Origin: Plasmodiophora brassicae
Lineage: Eukaryota
Length of the DNA stretch: 64,000 bases
Reading direction: 5' to 3'
Assembly (NCBI GenBank): GCA_036867785.1
Contig: CP145416.1
Location: 1,116,001-1,180,000, forward strand
Positions 11,343 to 24,661 of this stretch are shown in pieces (position 1 is the first letter of the stretch; each line of letters starts with the position of its first letter). Below the pieces are notes generated by a model. The model was not told where the DNA came from and searched no databases. It saw nothing but the letters and a program-made list of their open reading frames with translations. The position numbers were made by a program, and so were the translations under genes.

Positions 11343-12380
11343 ATGGCCTGCAGGCGGGGCAAATGTTCCCCATGGGCCACATGACGCGTGGCCCGTCGTG
11401 CGTTACGAGTTACGGCGTTACCGCGGGACGTGGGCCGCCTGTAACAGGGACGGCGAGTTGGCGCCAATCGCAGCCGTGGAAATGTGTGCAGCGTGCAGGC
11501 GGGTCGACTGACGCGGGCCGCCACAGGTACCGGATGGTCGGCGTTCACGTTCGCCCGCAGCTGGGCGTCAGACCCGCAACGCGGGGCATGCACGGCACCA
11601 GCGTTATCGACCGATAGACAGGTTCCTTGAGGGGAGGGCCGGCCTTGGGTGTAGGTACGGCCATCTAGATCTTGCTGATGGCCCTCTCCACAGTGCAGGG
11701 CTGCGCGATCGTGAGACAATAGAGATGATCCATTTGTGGCGTTTCCTGTCCCGTGTTGCGGTCGACAAGGACATCCGTTTCAGCACGGAGGCGGGGCTAC
11801 ACGAACTGGTTGCCGATGCATCGGGGCTCTTTCCATCGGCAACCCGTTCGCGTAGCCAAGCTGCTGGTTGAGCGTTTTGTGGAATACCTACTGGAACGTT
11901 GTCCCCAGTGGACAACACCGGGTATGTTTTACGTAGGAGGGGTGCGTTCCCATTTACAGCACGGGTTCTTTGCTGGCGCTGAAATTGAATCGCTGATCTG
12001 GTCGGCCGAGGTCTGCACTGAACAAGTTCATCACAGGCGAGCTGCGCAAGTGAACCATGCAACTTGTACACCAGCAGGAAGCCGACAAGCGTCTGAAAAC
12101 GAGAGCGTGGTACAAATGGCTGGTCGGCGACATCCGTTCCCGCATGATCAAAGATAATCAGTGACAATCCATGGAATGCCCACCGCCAGTTGTTATGGAT
12201 GGCTTCCATATCTTGCCAGGCACGAGGTGATCGCCTACGTCACCCACCAAGATGGAAACGAACCTCAGTAGCACCCGCAGACAGGTGCCGTACGACACCG
12301 GCCCATCGCTTATCCCGGTGTCGGCGAACGCTGAGCGTGCAACCATGGTCACCGTCGAGCGTTTCATAATCATCTAGTTC
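11343..12380 (+). CDS. Probable multi-exon gene, weak STK19-like resemblance
   Basis: GT..CTGAC..CAG intron-like segments; peptides LAPIAAVEMYRMV, LRDRETIEMIHL, VERFVEYLLERCP, HGFFAGAEIESLI; model unresolved. Confidence 0.3.
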
Positions 12381-12503
12381 GTCGATGAAATCCAGCCGGG
12401 GACGATCGCTGCGTCGCCCGCATGGACGGCACTGGCGTTACCTTAACGCCCACTTGGCGATCTCGTTCGAGTACTCGTAATAACAGGGTTCGGCGGGACG
12501 GTC

Positions 12504-15500
12504 ATGGGCGACATGGCGACGGTGCCGGCGCCATCGTCGACGTTGCCGGCGAAGCGCGGTTCGGCGTCGGGCGATCTGCAGAAGCACGCCGAGCAGGTTC
12601 GCACGATGCGGGCCTGCATCGAAAGCGCCGGCAGCGCCGACCAGGTCCGGGAGCATTTACAGACCAGCGACTTCTACGCCCGCACCGTCTCGATCGTCAA
12701 GTCGGCGATGCTGGCCGACCCGGCGACGACCGTTGCCGCTCTGGACCTGCTGCTCGCCGTCCTCGACATGTCCCGCGACCACATCCCGCTCTTCTTCAAG
12801 CGCTGCCGATCCGGGATCGACGTCCTCGCCAGGGTCCTCGTCGACTGTGCGAATCGCCCGTCGCCCTGCATCCGACACGTCGTCCCGGTCCTGAACACGC
12901 TGTCAGCGACGTCCCCAGGGACCGTCCTGGCCAGGTGCGCTCAGTCGCTCGCCAGCTTCTGGGACGTCCACGACCTGCACCCGCCCGATCCCGACCTCGA
13001 CCTGGACCTGGCTCGACTCGTCGCGTCCATCGTCACGAGAGGTGATCGCTCCTACGCAAGCGCCCCGCTTGGTTGCCTCTAACCAGCCCTGACAGACGAC
13101 CTGGACGGGCACATTGCCACGTTGCTGATGTCGGACGCGGTCGTGTCGACGCTGTCCTGCGGGTTGATCCGGTCGTGTGGCAGCCTCGTCGGCGAGTACG
13201 AGCGCACAGGGCGCGTTAGCGACCCTGGGGCATCGGCGTCGTCGACGTTCGCGGCGGCCCTGTGTGCGATCGCGGCCGCCAAACCCGACGCCTGGCCGCT
13301 GATCAACCTAATGCAGTCGAACGGGTCGATCTGCACCATCATGGACGCCATCGACGTGGCCGGGTCGGCGGGGCGCGTCGAAGCGCACGCCAGACTGATC
13401 GTCCTGCTCGGGTTCATGGAGATCGATGCGGATTCGATCGGGAAGGCCGAGGTCAGGGAGACGCTGGAGCGGTTCGTGCGCCTGGAGACGTGCTGCCGGG
13501 AGATGTGGGCGGCGCCCGGCAACGACGACGTCGTCAGCGCGTCGCTGAACGAACTCAGCGAGATGCTGGCGGCGCCGCTGTTCGGCGAGGTCGCCATCTG
13601 CATCCCGGATATCGTCAAGCTGCTGATCAACTGCTTGGGCAACATTGACGAGATGGTGATGGTGCCCGCGCTGAACGCCACGTACCTGTTCCTGCTGGCC
13701 TGCCCCGACGCCCAGCAGCAGTTCCTGGATCGGGGCGGGTTCGACGCGCTCGCTGAGTGCCTCCACGACTACAACGTGGAGATCCGGGTGACGTCGATGG
13801 AGATCCTGAGCATCGTGGCGGCACGCCACCCAGAGAACCGGTCCATGCTGCAGTCGTCCGGCATCGTCAAGTACATCCTCGAGCTGATCGGGCAGTTCGG
13901 GCGCGACGACGACGTCGGCGTACAGATCGTCGAGGCGGGCGCCGGCGTTCTCGGGCTGGCGCTCACCGAGACGCCCGCCAACCAAGAGTACATGTCCGAC
14001 CACGACGGCGTCAGCATCCTCCTCAGCACCATTCGCGCCTGCATCGCCGGCGAGGGCGACATCGCCCAGACCACGATCGACGCGCTGCTGCTGGCCCTGA
14101 ACAACCTCGTCTACAGGAACAGGTGCCGTCGTCATCGTTGTACGAGAATCGGGACCCCGGTCGCTGACCATTAGTCGGGGGCAGGCGGGCGCAGGAAGAG
14201 TTCAGGAAGCACGGCGGGTTCGAGGTCGCGTTCCGGTTGTGGAACGACGACGACGACGCGCTGCTGGCGAGCGTGTTGAACCTGCTGGTGAACGCGATCG
14301 ACACGTGCGAACCGAACCAGGAGATGGTGTGCACGGCGGCGTTCCAGGCGCGGATGACGTCGCTGCTCGACGGCGGCCATGCGGCGATCTCGTGCGTGTT
14401 GCTGTCGCATGCGACCTGGAACCACGAACGGAACCAGGCGCTGTTCTCGACCGAGGCGGTCGTCGAGCTCCTGCTGAAGCACGTTGCGTCGAATGCCAAG
14501 CAGGACCAGCTGAGCCTGTTCGCGCTTATGGCGTTGTCGAACCTCAGCTATCAGAACAGCGCGCTGCAGGACCTGGTCGCAAAGTTCGACGGCGTTGCCG
14601 TCGTGCACGAGGCGTTGGTTCGCGCGACACAGCAAGGCGACGCCGTCACGTATGGCGCGATCACGACCGCCTTGGGCAACGTCGTGCACCGCCACGACGT
14701 TAACGGGACAGCGTTGGTGGGTCTCGGCGGCGTTGACCTGCTTCTGACGTACATCACCGACAACGACGACGACGACACGAGCGAGTTCGGGGCGCTGGGC
14801 TCCAGCGCGTTCCTGACGATCGTCCAGATGGGCGAAACGTCGTTGACGCATATCCTCCAGGTGCTGAAGACGGGCAAGGCACCTGCCGTCACCGGGAACG
14901 CATGCGCCGGCGCTCCCGATGACGGCATGGACCCGCTGATCCCGTACCTGACCGCCCTGAACGGGATCATCTACCTAAGCCCGGCCATGGCCGAGTTCGT
15001 CATCCGATCGGAAGGCCTGGCCACCATCGTCGGCCTTCTGAGACACGAGTCGAAACGAGCCTTAGCTGGGTAACGATCGGGAGAGCGACGTCGCACCTGA
15101 GTGCACCACCTGAGCAGACCGTATTAGGTACATCCTCTTTATCCTGGTGAACCTGACCGTGTCGCAGCAGAAGCCGGTGCAGGCGCGAGCGAGGTCAGAG
15201 GGAGCATTCGACGCGCTGGAATCGTGCCTACGTTGGTTGGGCGCCGGCGAGCCGGATGACGACGACGCGGCGTTCTCCCGGGGCGAGATCCGACGTGTCA
15301 TCTACCAGGTGCTGGACAACCTTCTCACCGGCAACACAAGCAACACGCGCGAGTTCCTGTCCAGGACGTTGATGATCGAGACGCTGCTGTCCGATTGTGG
15401 GGAGCTGACCGGCGCCCGGCGGAACGCGACAGCGTTGCCCGAGGCCGCTGAAGTCCTACTGACGCTCTGCGAGCAGCCTCGGGCGACGGATGCCATTGGA

Positions 15501-15611
15501 GTCGATCGCGTTCGTCCGCTGCTCGAGATCATCCAGCAGCGGACGTCGTCGCAGACGATGCACGACAAGGCTCAGCATCTGCTCCAACAGATTTCAGGAC
15601 GACGGCACTGA
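12504..15611 (+). CDS. Large armadillo/HEAT-repeat protein
   Basis: Four long in-register ORFs with ARM motifs (QQFLDRGGFDALAECL, NQEYMSDHDGVSILL, ALSNLSYQN, GGVDLLL). Confidence 0.8.
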
Positions 15612-15713
15612 ATACAGGAACGCCGAGCAACGCGGTCGTGAGCGTCGTGCCAGGGTGTATTGGGGACGCGAGCCGTGCACGATCAGAGCAGGCATCATAA
15701 TGCCTGGGGCGCA

Positions 15714-16362
15714 TTACCGGAACGTCTTGGCGAAGGTTTCCCTGGCAGTCTGGAAAGCTTGGGCGAGCGATTGCTCGGCGATGGGCGCGTCCCTGTCGGC
15801 GCCCTTCATGGCGACGCCGTCAACCACAAGGACGCTGTCCGTTTCGAGAATGATGCCATCGTCCAGGATTTCGTCGATGGTCAGCAGCAGGACGTCGAGG
15901 TTGTCGATGAGCGGCTGCCGATCAATGGGAACGCGCAGGAGCGACGTCAGGCTCTCTTCCAGACAGACCAGGACGTGATGCAGGACGAGTTCGTTCTCGT
16001 CGGCAGCACCGATGACGTAGACGAAGGCGTCGCCGTAGAATTTGAAAACGGTCACGTACTGATCGAACATGACGACCTCGCCTGTATCGCGTCACTTAAA
16101 CCGAGCAATGACGGCGGATCTGGGCCGGATCTACCTTCTTTCCTCGCATTCAGGATGCGACTCGTTTTACCGAATACGGCTCGCTCGAGCGCCAGTTGCT
16201 TATCCAGGGCGAGCAGGTCGGGATCGAAGTACTTCACACCAATGCGCGTCCCCTGTCCATCCAGCACGACGGCGGCTTTCACCTTCGACTGGATCTAGCA
16301 CCGCAACGCATACGATCAGCAGACGTCACGAGACCGTGCCACTCATCGACACTCACCGACAT
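15714..16362 (-). CDS. COPZ1: Coatomer subunit zeta
   Basis: VKAAVVLDGQGTRIGVKYF; YVIGAADENELVL; LLLTIDEILDDGIILETD; 6-nt first coding exon. Confidence 0.92.
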
Positions 16363-16997
16363 GGCTGTCCCAAAATCCCCAGCAACTCCGGGGCGCGCCG
16401 CCAAAAAGCCATTCACGCCAGCGCCCCATTCACCAGTGCAGAATAGATACGGGCTGGGGGACGTCACTGTTTGGCACAGTGTGCTTGAACCCCGCCGCTT
16501 CTGACCCATTCTCGAGACTGTCACCTGCATTCCCGGGATGTCGACGGATCGGACGGGTCGGGCAGGAGGAACGGTTTCTGTTGCTTGCCCAAAAATAGAC
16601 CCGACGAAGGTGTGCGCTGCTTCCCGCCCCGCGTCGGAAGACGCCCGTCAGCGACATGGCATGCATTGTTGATTGGGGCAGCGAGCCTTGCCAGCGTGAC
16701 GCCACGCGTCGTGTTATGCGCATAGCAGTGCGTCAGCCATGATCGTGGGCGTGCTGCCATTCGATACAGACTGCGGGCTGTTATGTATTCTGTCCGACCT
16801 GTACGAATCCCGTCGGCGGGGTGCTCCCGCGAGTGGCGCACAAATGGCGCGCACTTTTCCGGACGATTTTGCGCGTGTCGTGCAGCAAGGGCACACTGAC
16901 ATTGTGCGAATCTCCCCGTATAACCATTGGGCGTGACGGCGCCGGTGCCCTGGTCGACCACCGCCACCACGTCGTCGTCGACATCGGTCGAGATTCA

Positions 16998-18246
16998 ATG
17001 CCTGGACAGAAACGCCAACGGGAGTCGCCGTCGTTCGGGCCGCTGCCGTCACCGAGCATTGGCCCCGGGTTCTCCTGCGGCACGCCGACAATCGGCCCAT
17101 TGCCCGCTGTTCGGTCCATCACCAACACGCCGCTATTCCGGTCCAGCCCGAGGACGACCCCGTCCGGGCTGTTCAATTCGCCGAGTACGTCACCGTAATC
17201 CATCTGTTCGTGGGTCGTCTCTAACCGTGTGTGCAGTGTTTTCTGTGCGAACGCCGGTGCTAGATTTCCAACCGACACCGCCAATGTTCGCCAGCGCGTA
17301 TGGCAGCAACAGTAACCCGCATGGCGCGAACGCGTCGTCAAACGTGCACCAGTCACTGCTGATGTCGCCGATGCCGTTCATGAATTCGCCGTCGACGCCG
17401 ATGCCGTCACATGACCTACAAAATTCGCTCCTGCTGGATTCCGTACCGGGCCTGTCTCTCAATGGGTATGTCTCCTCAATTACGTATATGTACTCACAGA
17501 ACTTACTTGAATTTCCGTACTAGGCCCCAGGCTCAGTCGTCCGTACTAGAACGGTTCAAGAAGTTTTTCGATAATCAGCGAGTCTTGGACGATTCCATTG
17601 CAGGGCACTTTCAAAAGCAGGTTGGTTGGCTTATCGTTGCTCGCTTGTATGCTTCCCGGGCTCAATCGTGGCTTTGTAGTCATCGATGCCTAGTATGACC
17701 GTCAATCATCGTGCCGGTATTATGCCCGTGATTGACGACGACGAGGAGGATGACGATGACCCGTCGTCTGGCGATGCATCTGGCGATTCACCGTTACTCG
17801 GTGCGGACGTGGACTTATCGACGCTTGTGGGCGAATCCGTCGCAAACGACCAGTCCTTGCGTCCTGGTAGCAGCTGTCACCAGTGTAAGAGCAGGAGGAC
17901 GAACGGCCAGCTCTCGCATTGCAGCGGCAACAACAAGCGCAAGTCGTGCCGGAAGAAGTACTGCGACCAATGTCTGACGAAGTTCTATCAAATGCACTCG
18001 TCCAGGCATAAATCGTATCGCGACCGTAAATGGTCGTGCCCATCGTGCCAGGGTATGTGCTGCTGTGCAGCCTGCCGGCGCTCCAAGACGAAGGTCGCAA
18101 GGGCGCCGAACGGAAAAACCCCCGAGATGTACTCGCCGGCGACGTCGATGGCCGTCGGACTGGTGTACTTTGGCGACTTTGACCTCCTCAGTGGGGAGGC
18201 TCTCCCGTCATCCACAAGTGACCCCAAGCCATCTGACGATAGCTAA
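16998..18246 (+). CDS. zf-4CXXC_R1 (CDCA7/JMJD1-type) zinc-finger protein
   Basis: SSCHQCKSRR...C...CRKKYCDQCLTKFY...WSCPSCQGMCCCAACRR; S/P-rich upstream exons. Confidence 0.8.
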
Positions 18247-18510
18247 TGTATCAACTGTGTTTTGTGTTTCACTTGCGATGGTTCACCTGTCACCGAGCAG
18301 CAACGACGGTTCGCCAGTGCAGTCGAACAATTTTAATCGCATGTGACCGGCCGGCCACCGTGTCGATGGGTTCGTCGCATGTTCACACACGTCGCGGGAC
18401 ATCCTCAGGTGCATGCAACGATGCGCGCGCGCTGTGAGACGCCCCAAATTCAGGTGCAGTCGGCGAACACGTGCAGCTGCAGATCGCGTGACGCAGATTG
18501 GCAACCCGCG

Positions 18511-19471
18511 ATGGACGTCGACGAGCACGGCATGGCGGGCGTGCACCGGGCGGCGTCCCAGGGCCTGCTGGACGAATGCGCCGGGCTGCTGCGGTCGGAT
18601 CCCAGCCTGGTCGAGTGTCGGGATTCGGTCGGGAATACGCCGCTGCACTGGGCGGTGGTCAACCCGGACCTCGTTGCCGTCGTCGTCGGCACCAACGCTG
18701 ATGTCAACGCGCGTAATCGCAAAGGCGATACCCCGCTCATGAAGGCTGTGGCCAGAGACCGGCCTCGTTCCGTGTCCGTTCTCGCTGACCATGGCGCGGA
18801 TGTCTCACTACAAAACGCATTGGGTAGGCAACGGCATTGTCAAGTCGTTTCCTGTCGCCTGATCGTCTTGGACAGGGAGGACGGCACTGATGATGGCCGC
18901 TGAACTGGGCAATCTCGAAATCGTCCGGTGTCTGCTGGGTCATGGTGCCGACCCCAGAGTACAGGACGCATCTGGGTGGACGGCATTGCACTTTGCATCG
19001 TTGGGCGCCTGGCCGCAATACGAAAGCCATCGGGGTGCGATGAAGGCTCTGCTGGCGAGCGGTGCCGACGTGAATGCTGTCGAGAAGACATGCGGGTGGA
19101 CGCCGATTCATGTCGCCACCGACGCCAGTGCTGTCCGGATCCTGGCGGGCGCCGGTGCCGACATCAACCGCGCTGATCGGGACGGTCGTGCCCCTGTCCA
19201 CTACCTGAACGCAGATGGCGTTGCCGAATTGCACACGCTCAACGCTCGGCTTGACGCTGTGGACCGGTTCCATCGAACCGCATTGCACCTGTGTGCCAGC
19301 CCCGAGAAAGCCATCATCCTGATCGCGCTGTGCCCCAACGACATCAACCGGCCCGACGCGCAGGGGAAGACGCCCCTGGATTGGGCGCTGACCCGACCCG
19401 AGGTCGCTCGCGTCATCCGGGAACGTGGCGGCCAAACCAGCAACAACGTATCGCGCTGCTCGATTATGTAG
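18511..19471 (+). CDS. Ankyrin-repeat protein
   Basis: GNTPLHWA, GDTPLMKA, GWTALHFA, GWTPIHVA, GKTPLDWA; one intron near 18823-18875. Confidence 0.92.
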
Positions 19472-19820
19472 AACTCCTTGTTCCAGCGTTGCATGCAGGC
19501 GCAGATGCGTGAACGGGAAATCTGAACACACGCCTTCGATTCGGGTTTCCAGAGCGACCGGTAGCGGACGGTTTCTCTCTCTCTCGCTCGCTGTGGTTGG
19601 TCGGTGCCCGTGCCCCGGGTCGGCTCAGCGTTTTGCTGCCGACTTCCGACCGCAGGGGCGTCCTGGAAAATGTCGTGTTGTGGTTTGGCACGTGTGGGAA
19701 TCTGTTGGGCTTGGGCGGGCATGGGGTTGCGGTTGGACTCCTAGTAGCAGAAGTCTGCGCCCGGAGGTCTCTCACGGACCTCGACGTGCTCAACCGTACC
19801 ATTGCAACGCTGATTCCAAT

Positions 19821-21727
19821 ATGAGCGTCGATGTCGCGCCGGACGTCGACGTCGACATGGGCGGCGCCACGCCGCCCGACGCCGCCGCACCCGCTCCGCT
19901 CGACGCTATCGGCGACCACGAGGAGGTCTGGATCGTGAGGTCGACCGGCGAAGCGTACAGGACTTACGCCGAGTACATTCAACGCGTGGCCGACCTTCGC
20001 CGGCCCGTCTTCACCTGCGCCGTCACCGGGCGCACCGGTTTGCGATACGAGGAGTCGCTATCGGGCGAGCGACACGTTCAGGAGCGGTTGTCGTCGTTCC
20101 CCGATGATCTTGTCCGTCCGCTTCTGTCACATTGCCATGGGTCCACCGCGAAGCTCTCCGAACTGGTCGCCACCGCGTATTCGTTGCTGAACGGCGCCGT
20201 TGCGAAACAGATCATCAAGCTGATGATCCGACAGTCGACATCACGACCGCCGTTCCCAGGTTCACCCTGGATTGTCCATCAGAACCTGCTCGACGAGTAC
20301 GACGTCCCCATCGCGAAGCTTCCGCCCGAGGTCCAGGACGTCATTGACCAGCATCGCGCCGGCAAGACCATCCGAAAGCGACCGGAAGGGATGCTGGCAG
20401 CACCGTCCGAGCCGCTCATCATTAAGTACCCGATCGAAGATGCACGACTGCCTGGCTATGCATCGTTGGCCGCCGAACTTCCTGCACTAAGGCCGCCGCC
20501 GGAGTGGACCTGCGATCCCGAGCTGAAGGTGTTCGGCAGCCTGTACATGAGTTGGCACTTCCTGTGGAGGTTCCATGAGGAGCTGGCCGTGTCGCGTTTC
20601 TCGCTGGACGACTGGATCGAGGCGATGCGCGACCCGCAGGAATCGTCGATCTTCGCCGAAGTCGTCGCCGCGCTCGTCCACGTCATTGCGCCGCAATCGT
20701 CGTCGCCGAAGAACAAGTCGGCGTTCGAGATCGACAGCGTGCTGCAGATTCTGGAGGCACTGAACGAGGAGATCGAAGAGCTAACTGGCACGGGGCTGGA
20801 GGACATGTCGCGAATCGAGGACGCCCTCGATTCGACGGCACATTTGTACGCGGTCGATCCTGCGCTCCGGTAATTACCGTCCCGCTGTTGCACGCCTGTT
20901 GATACTGATATGTGGCATGCGCCAGGGCCTATATTGTCCGGCTGTTGTGCGACCAGGCGCTGGGCACGGAAACGCTTCGCGAGGCGATCGATGCCGACCT
21001 CGCGGGGCGAAACGAACTGCGGCAATCGCAACGACAATCCGTTGCCGATGAGCGGAAAGAGCTTCGGGAGCAGAAGGCGATGATCAAGGAGGAGCGCACG
21101 CTACTGAGCCAGAGCAAGGCGGTCGACCTTGTCGAGCAAACGCGTCAGGAGTTCGAGGCCAAGGAAGGCGTTGAGAAGACGCGGCAGCAACTGCTGTCGG
21201 AACAGAAGAGGGTGCGACAGGCGGAGGCGGAACAGCGCACCCTTCTCGCCGAGCAGCAGAAAGCGGAAGCGCGCCTGCGTGCCCTCGAGTCCAAGTACGA
21301 AGCTGCCCTCAAGGACGGTGGTCGCGGCAAGCTACAGGCCTTCGTCGTGCAGATGCGTGAGCTCCAGATCCGATGCCTGCCGCTGGGCCAGGACCGGTAC
21401 AAGAACGACTACTTCTGGACGCCCTCCTGCGACGGTCGCATCGTCGTCGCCAGATGGACGGACGGCGTCTGGGGCTGGTACGACACCGTTGAAGACCTGC
21501 GCGCGCTTCATGCCCTGCTGAACGACAAAGGCATCCGCGAAGCCGACCTTCTCGAGAAACTCACCCTGCTGGAATCCGTCATCGCCAGCGAACGCGGGGC
21601 GCACCTGAACCGCCTGGGCGGCAGCGACGCCGCCCGGGCCGCCAAGCGCAAGACTCGGGCGGCGGCCCGCGATGGCGACTACACCGATCGCGTCTGGTCG
21701 AACAAGCTCAGACGCGTCTCCGTATAA
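19821..21727 (+). CDS. ACF1/Itc1-like ISWI partner (WAC, DDT, WHIM/WSD)
   Basis: WAC: EEVWIVRSTGEAYRTYAEY...FTCAVTGRTGLRYEE; DDT: WHFLWRFHEELAVSRFSLDDW; WSD: PLGQDRYKNDYFW...LNDKGIREADL. Confidence 0.88.
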
Positions 21728-21901
21728 CAAGCATTGTTATCGTGTCAATAATAATTCATGTCGTTGCGAGCGGCCGGCCTCGCAATGCTTCGCCGTCTGC
21801 GGTTTCCACCGGACCAGATCAGCAGTTCCACCGGAGCAGAGTAGCGGTCCCATCGGAGCCGTTCGGACGCAGCGCGCGCGTTGGCCACTGGACCGGTCGC
21901 C

Positions 21902-23824
21902 ATGGGCAAGCCTGTGCGGGAACGCGCCGGCCGGCGAAGTGGCGGCGAGAAACGGGATCGCAGAAAGGCCGCCGCGCAGAAGCAGGACGCTGCCGCCCGC
22001 TGCATGACGGCCAGCCGCGGGTCGTCGTCGTCGTCGGGGGCGGCGGCGGCGGCGGCGTGCGCACACGTCACCAAGGCGACGGCCAAGGGTGCCAAAGCGC
22101 ATCGCAAACGATTGACGGTCGACCATTGCCAGTCGTGCGACGCGCCGTCAGCCTGGCTGTGTCTGACGTGCGGCAACGTCGGGTGCGGGCGCGACGACGC
22201 CGGCCACGCCGAAGAGCATTTCAAGTCGAATGGCATCAAGCATTGCATTTCGTTCTGCGCGATGCAGGCGCGGTTCTGGTGCTATGCCTGCGACGACGAA
22301 GTCGACATCGACCCTGAGGCGATGTTCGCGAAGACGTGGCGGCGCCAGGCCCTGGATAAGCTCACCAAGACATTGACGCTGAAGTCGGCCCGGGAGCGGA
22401 ACAGCAACGACGACGACGATGCAGTGAAAAAGTACGCGAACGAGATGGCGAACAGCGGCGACGTCTCCGGGCCGCGCGGCATCAAGAACATTGGCAACAC
22501 GTGCTTCTTCGCGTCACTGATGCAGTCGGTGTGTGTGGCGCGCCCGCTGCGTGCGTACTTCAACAAGAAGTCCAGCGCTGACGATCGGCCTCTGCACGCG
22601 GGCCTGCGCGCCTTCTCCTCGCTTCTGCTGTCGTCAGGGTCCGCTGCCAATCCGGGCGCCTTGCTCGACCTCGTATCGCAACGGCATCGCATCTTCCGCG
22701 GACGGCAGCAGCACGACGCGCATGAGCTCCTGAGGTGCCTCGTCGCCGCACTGCACGAGGAGTACTTGGACGATGTTGTCGCGATGAGGAAGGCGGCCGT
22801 CAGGTCATGGGACGTGGACGATATGCGACGATTCCTTCGAGAAGCGATACCGGCTCTGCCGAACGATGTCGTCGACGACCTGGCACCGCTGCTCGTGGAC
22901 AGCAAATACGACGATGATCTCGTGCCGGAGCAGCACCGTGACGCGTTCGCGAGCCTGCATCGCGCGCTTCGCCACGGCAGGTCGCCGTTCATTCGCGTGA
23001 CGCTGCCGTCGCTTGTCGACGACACGTTCGGCGGCATGCTGCAATCGCATATTCGCTGCCTGGCCTGCCAGCACGTTTCGAATACGCTCGAACCGTGCTA
23101 TGACCTGTCGCTGTCGATCACCCCGTCGGTTGCGCTGGCGTCGCCGCGGCATCATCAGCGAAAGACGCCGAAGAAAGCGTCGACCGTTCCTGAAGATGAA
23201 GACGTCCTGGTGGCCGTCACCATCGATCTGCTGGTCGACGCCGTCGTGAACCTGTCGATCAGCGCTGTCGAGGTCCACGAGTCCACCGTTCGGCAGCAGT
23301 ACAAGGCGTCACAAGCCCAGGTACGGCTATCGTATGTATCGCTGCGTTGGCTGCGCCTGATGTGGCACATGCGATGACAGCTACGTGGGCCCTGCACCGT
23401 CAGTGACTGCCTAAGAGCATTCTTTAGCGCCGAGATTCTGACGGGCGACAACGCGTACGATTGTTCTAAGTGCAAGAGGCGCAGCGCTAGCAGCAAGCTG
23501 TACACGGTCGAACGGACACCGGCTGTCCTCGTTCTCCATCTGAAACGTTTCTCGCAAGACGGCAGACGCCTTCACAAAGAGGATAAGCACATTGGCTTTG
23601 ATATCGATCTCGACCTGCGCCCGTACTCATCGTCCAGCTCGGCGTCCTATTCCCTGTTCGCGGTGGTCGTGCACATGGGATCGATGGGCGGCGGTCACTA
23701 CGTGGCCTACGTGAAACGCCATGGTGGCCAATGGATGTACTTCTCGGATGCCACGGTTGCGCCCGTATCCGTCGAACGCGTCCTGTCGCAACAGGCATAC
23801 CTGTTACTCTACGAGCGCACATGA
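21902..23824 (+). CDS. ZnF-UBP ubiquitin-specific protease (USP16/USP45-like)
   Basis: WLCLTCGNVGCGR..HAEEH; Cys box GIKNIGNTCFF; QQHDAHELL; His box VVVHMGSMGGGHYVAYV; AYLLLYER then stop. Confidence 0.92.
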
Positions 23825-24121
23825 TGATACACCAACCAATCAACCGTTGACAAGGGGCTCGTTCGCCGAGAGCACCTGTCAGGCGATTCAACGCAATCGG
23901 CCACGATCATGGCAGGCCTTGGTGCTGCTGTTCGCCGCCTCCAGCTACCTACAAGGCGGCAGCATGACGTCTGCGTCGTCATTCTGTTACTGTTCATTCG
24001 TTGTCCCCAGTGCCGATCAACAACACCATCTGACGCATGTGGCAATCCGATATGATTCGCCTGACGTCCCGCTTCGAACCGGCGCGGCGTGATACGACAG
24101 GAGACGAGGCTGGGTGCGAAG

Positions 24122-24315
24122 TATTTTTCGTCAACTTTTCCTCCTGTGACGAGCATCGACTCTCGTTGACTTTTCGTCGCCTTTTCGTCTCCTTTGCGCA
24201 GCCTTTTGTGACTGGTTTTCGTCTCCTTTTTGAAAAAGGAGCTCCTCGAGCTCCTTTTTGAAAAAGGAGTTGAGAACAGTGGAACGTCACAGAAGAAGGA
24301 GACGAAAAAGTCGAC
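24122..24315. repeat. Palindromic fold-back element with TTTTCGTC repeats
   Basis: Two copies of CTCCTTTTTGAAAAAGGAG (24223-24241, 24251-24269); four TTTTCGTC units; inverted AAGGAGACGAAAA at 24296-24308. Confidence 0.85.
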
Positions 24316-24661
24316 CCAAAATCACTTCGACCAGGCTCTGTGAAGCGCGCGACGAGCCGTAGTAGTACCTGAATCTGCGTTAGCGCAGACCGAGTCGCTC
24401 TAATCTGTGACGTCGGCCAGTTCCGCCTTGTGAATCGCAGCCCGTAGCGTAAGCCTTTAGCGCAAGTCGCTCGACTGGCCGCGCGCCGCACGGGTGCGTG
24501 TAACGGTTTGAAGGCGTCGACGTTGTTGAGGATGTGTGGCGCCTCGGCACCAGTGTCAGTTCTGATCACCCAGCGCACAGTGAGCGTGGGAAGCGGTGAA
24601 CGACGCCCGGAGGATTTCAACCGACTGGAGTCGGTCATTTCGGCCCAGGGCGACCAGAAGA

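Noticed and set aside
24122-24315. CRISPR array
   Set aside because: Eukaryotic context, no regular repeat-spacer period, no cas genes
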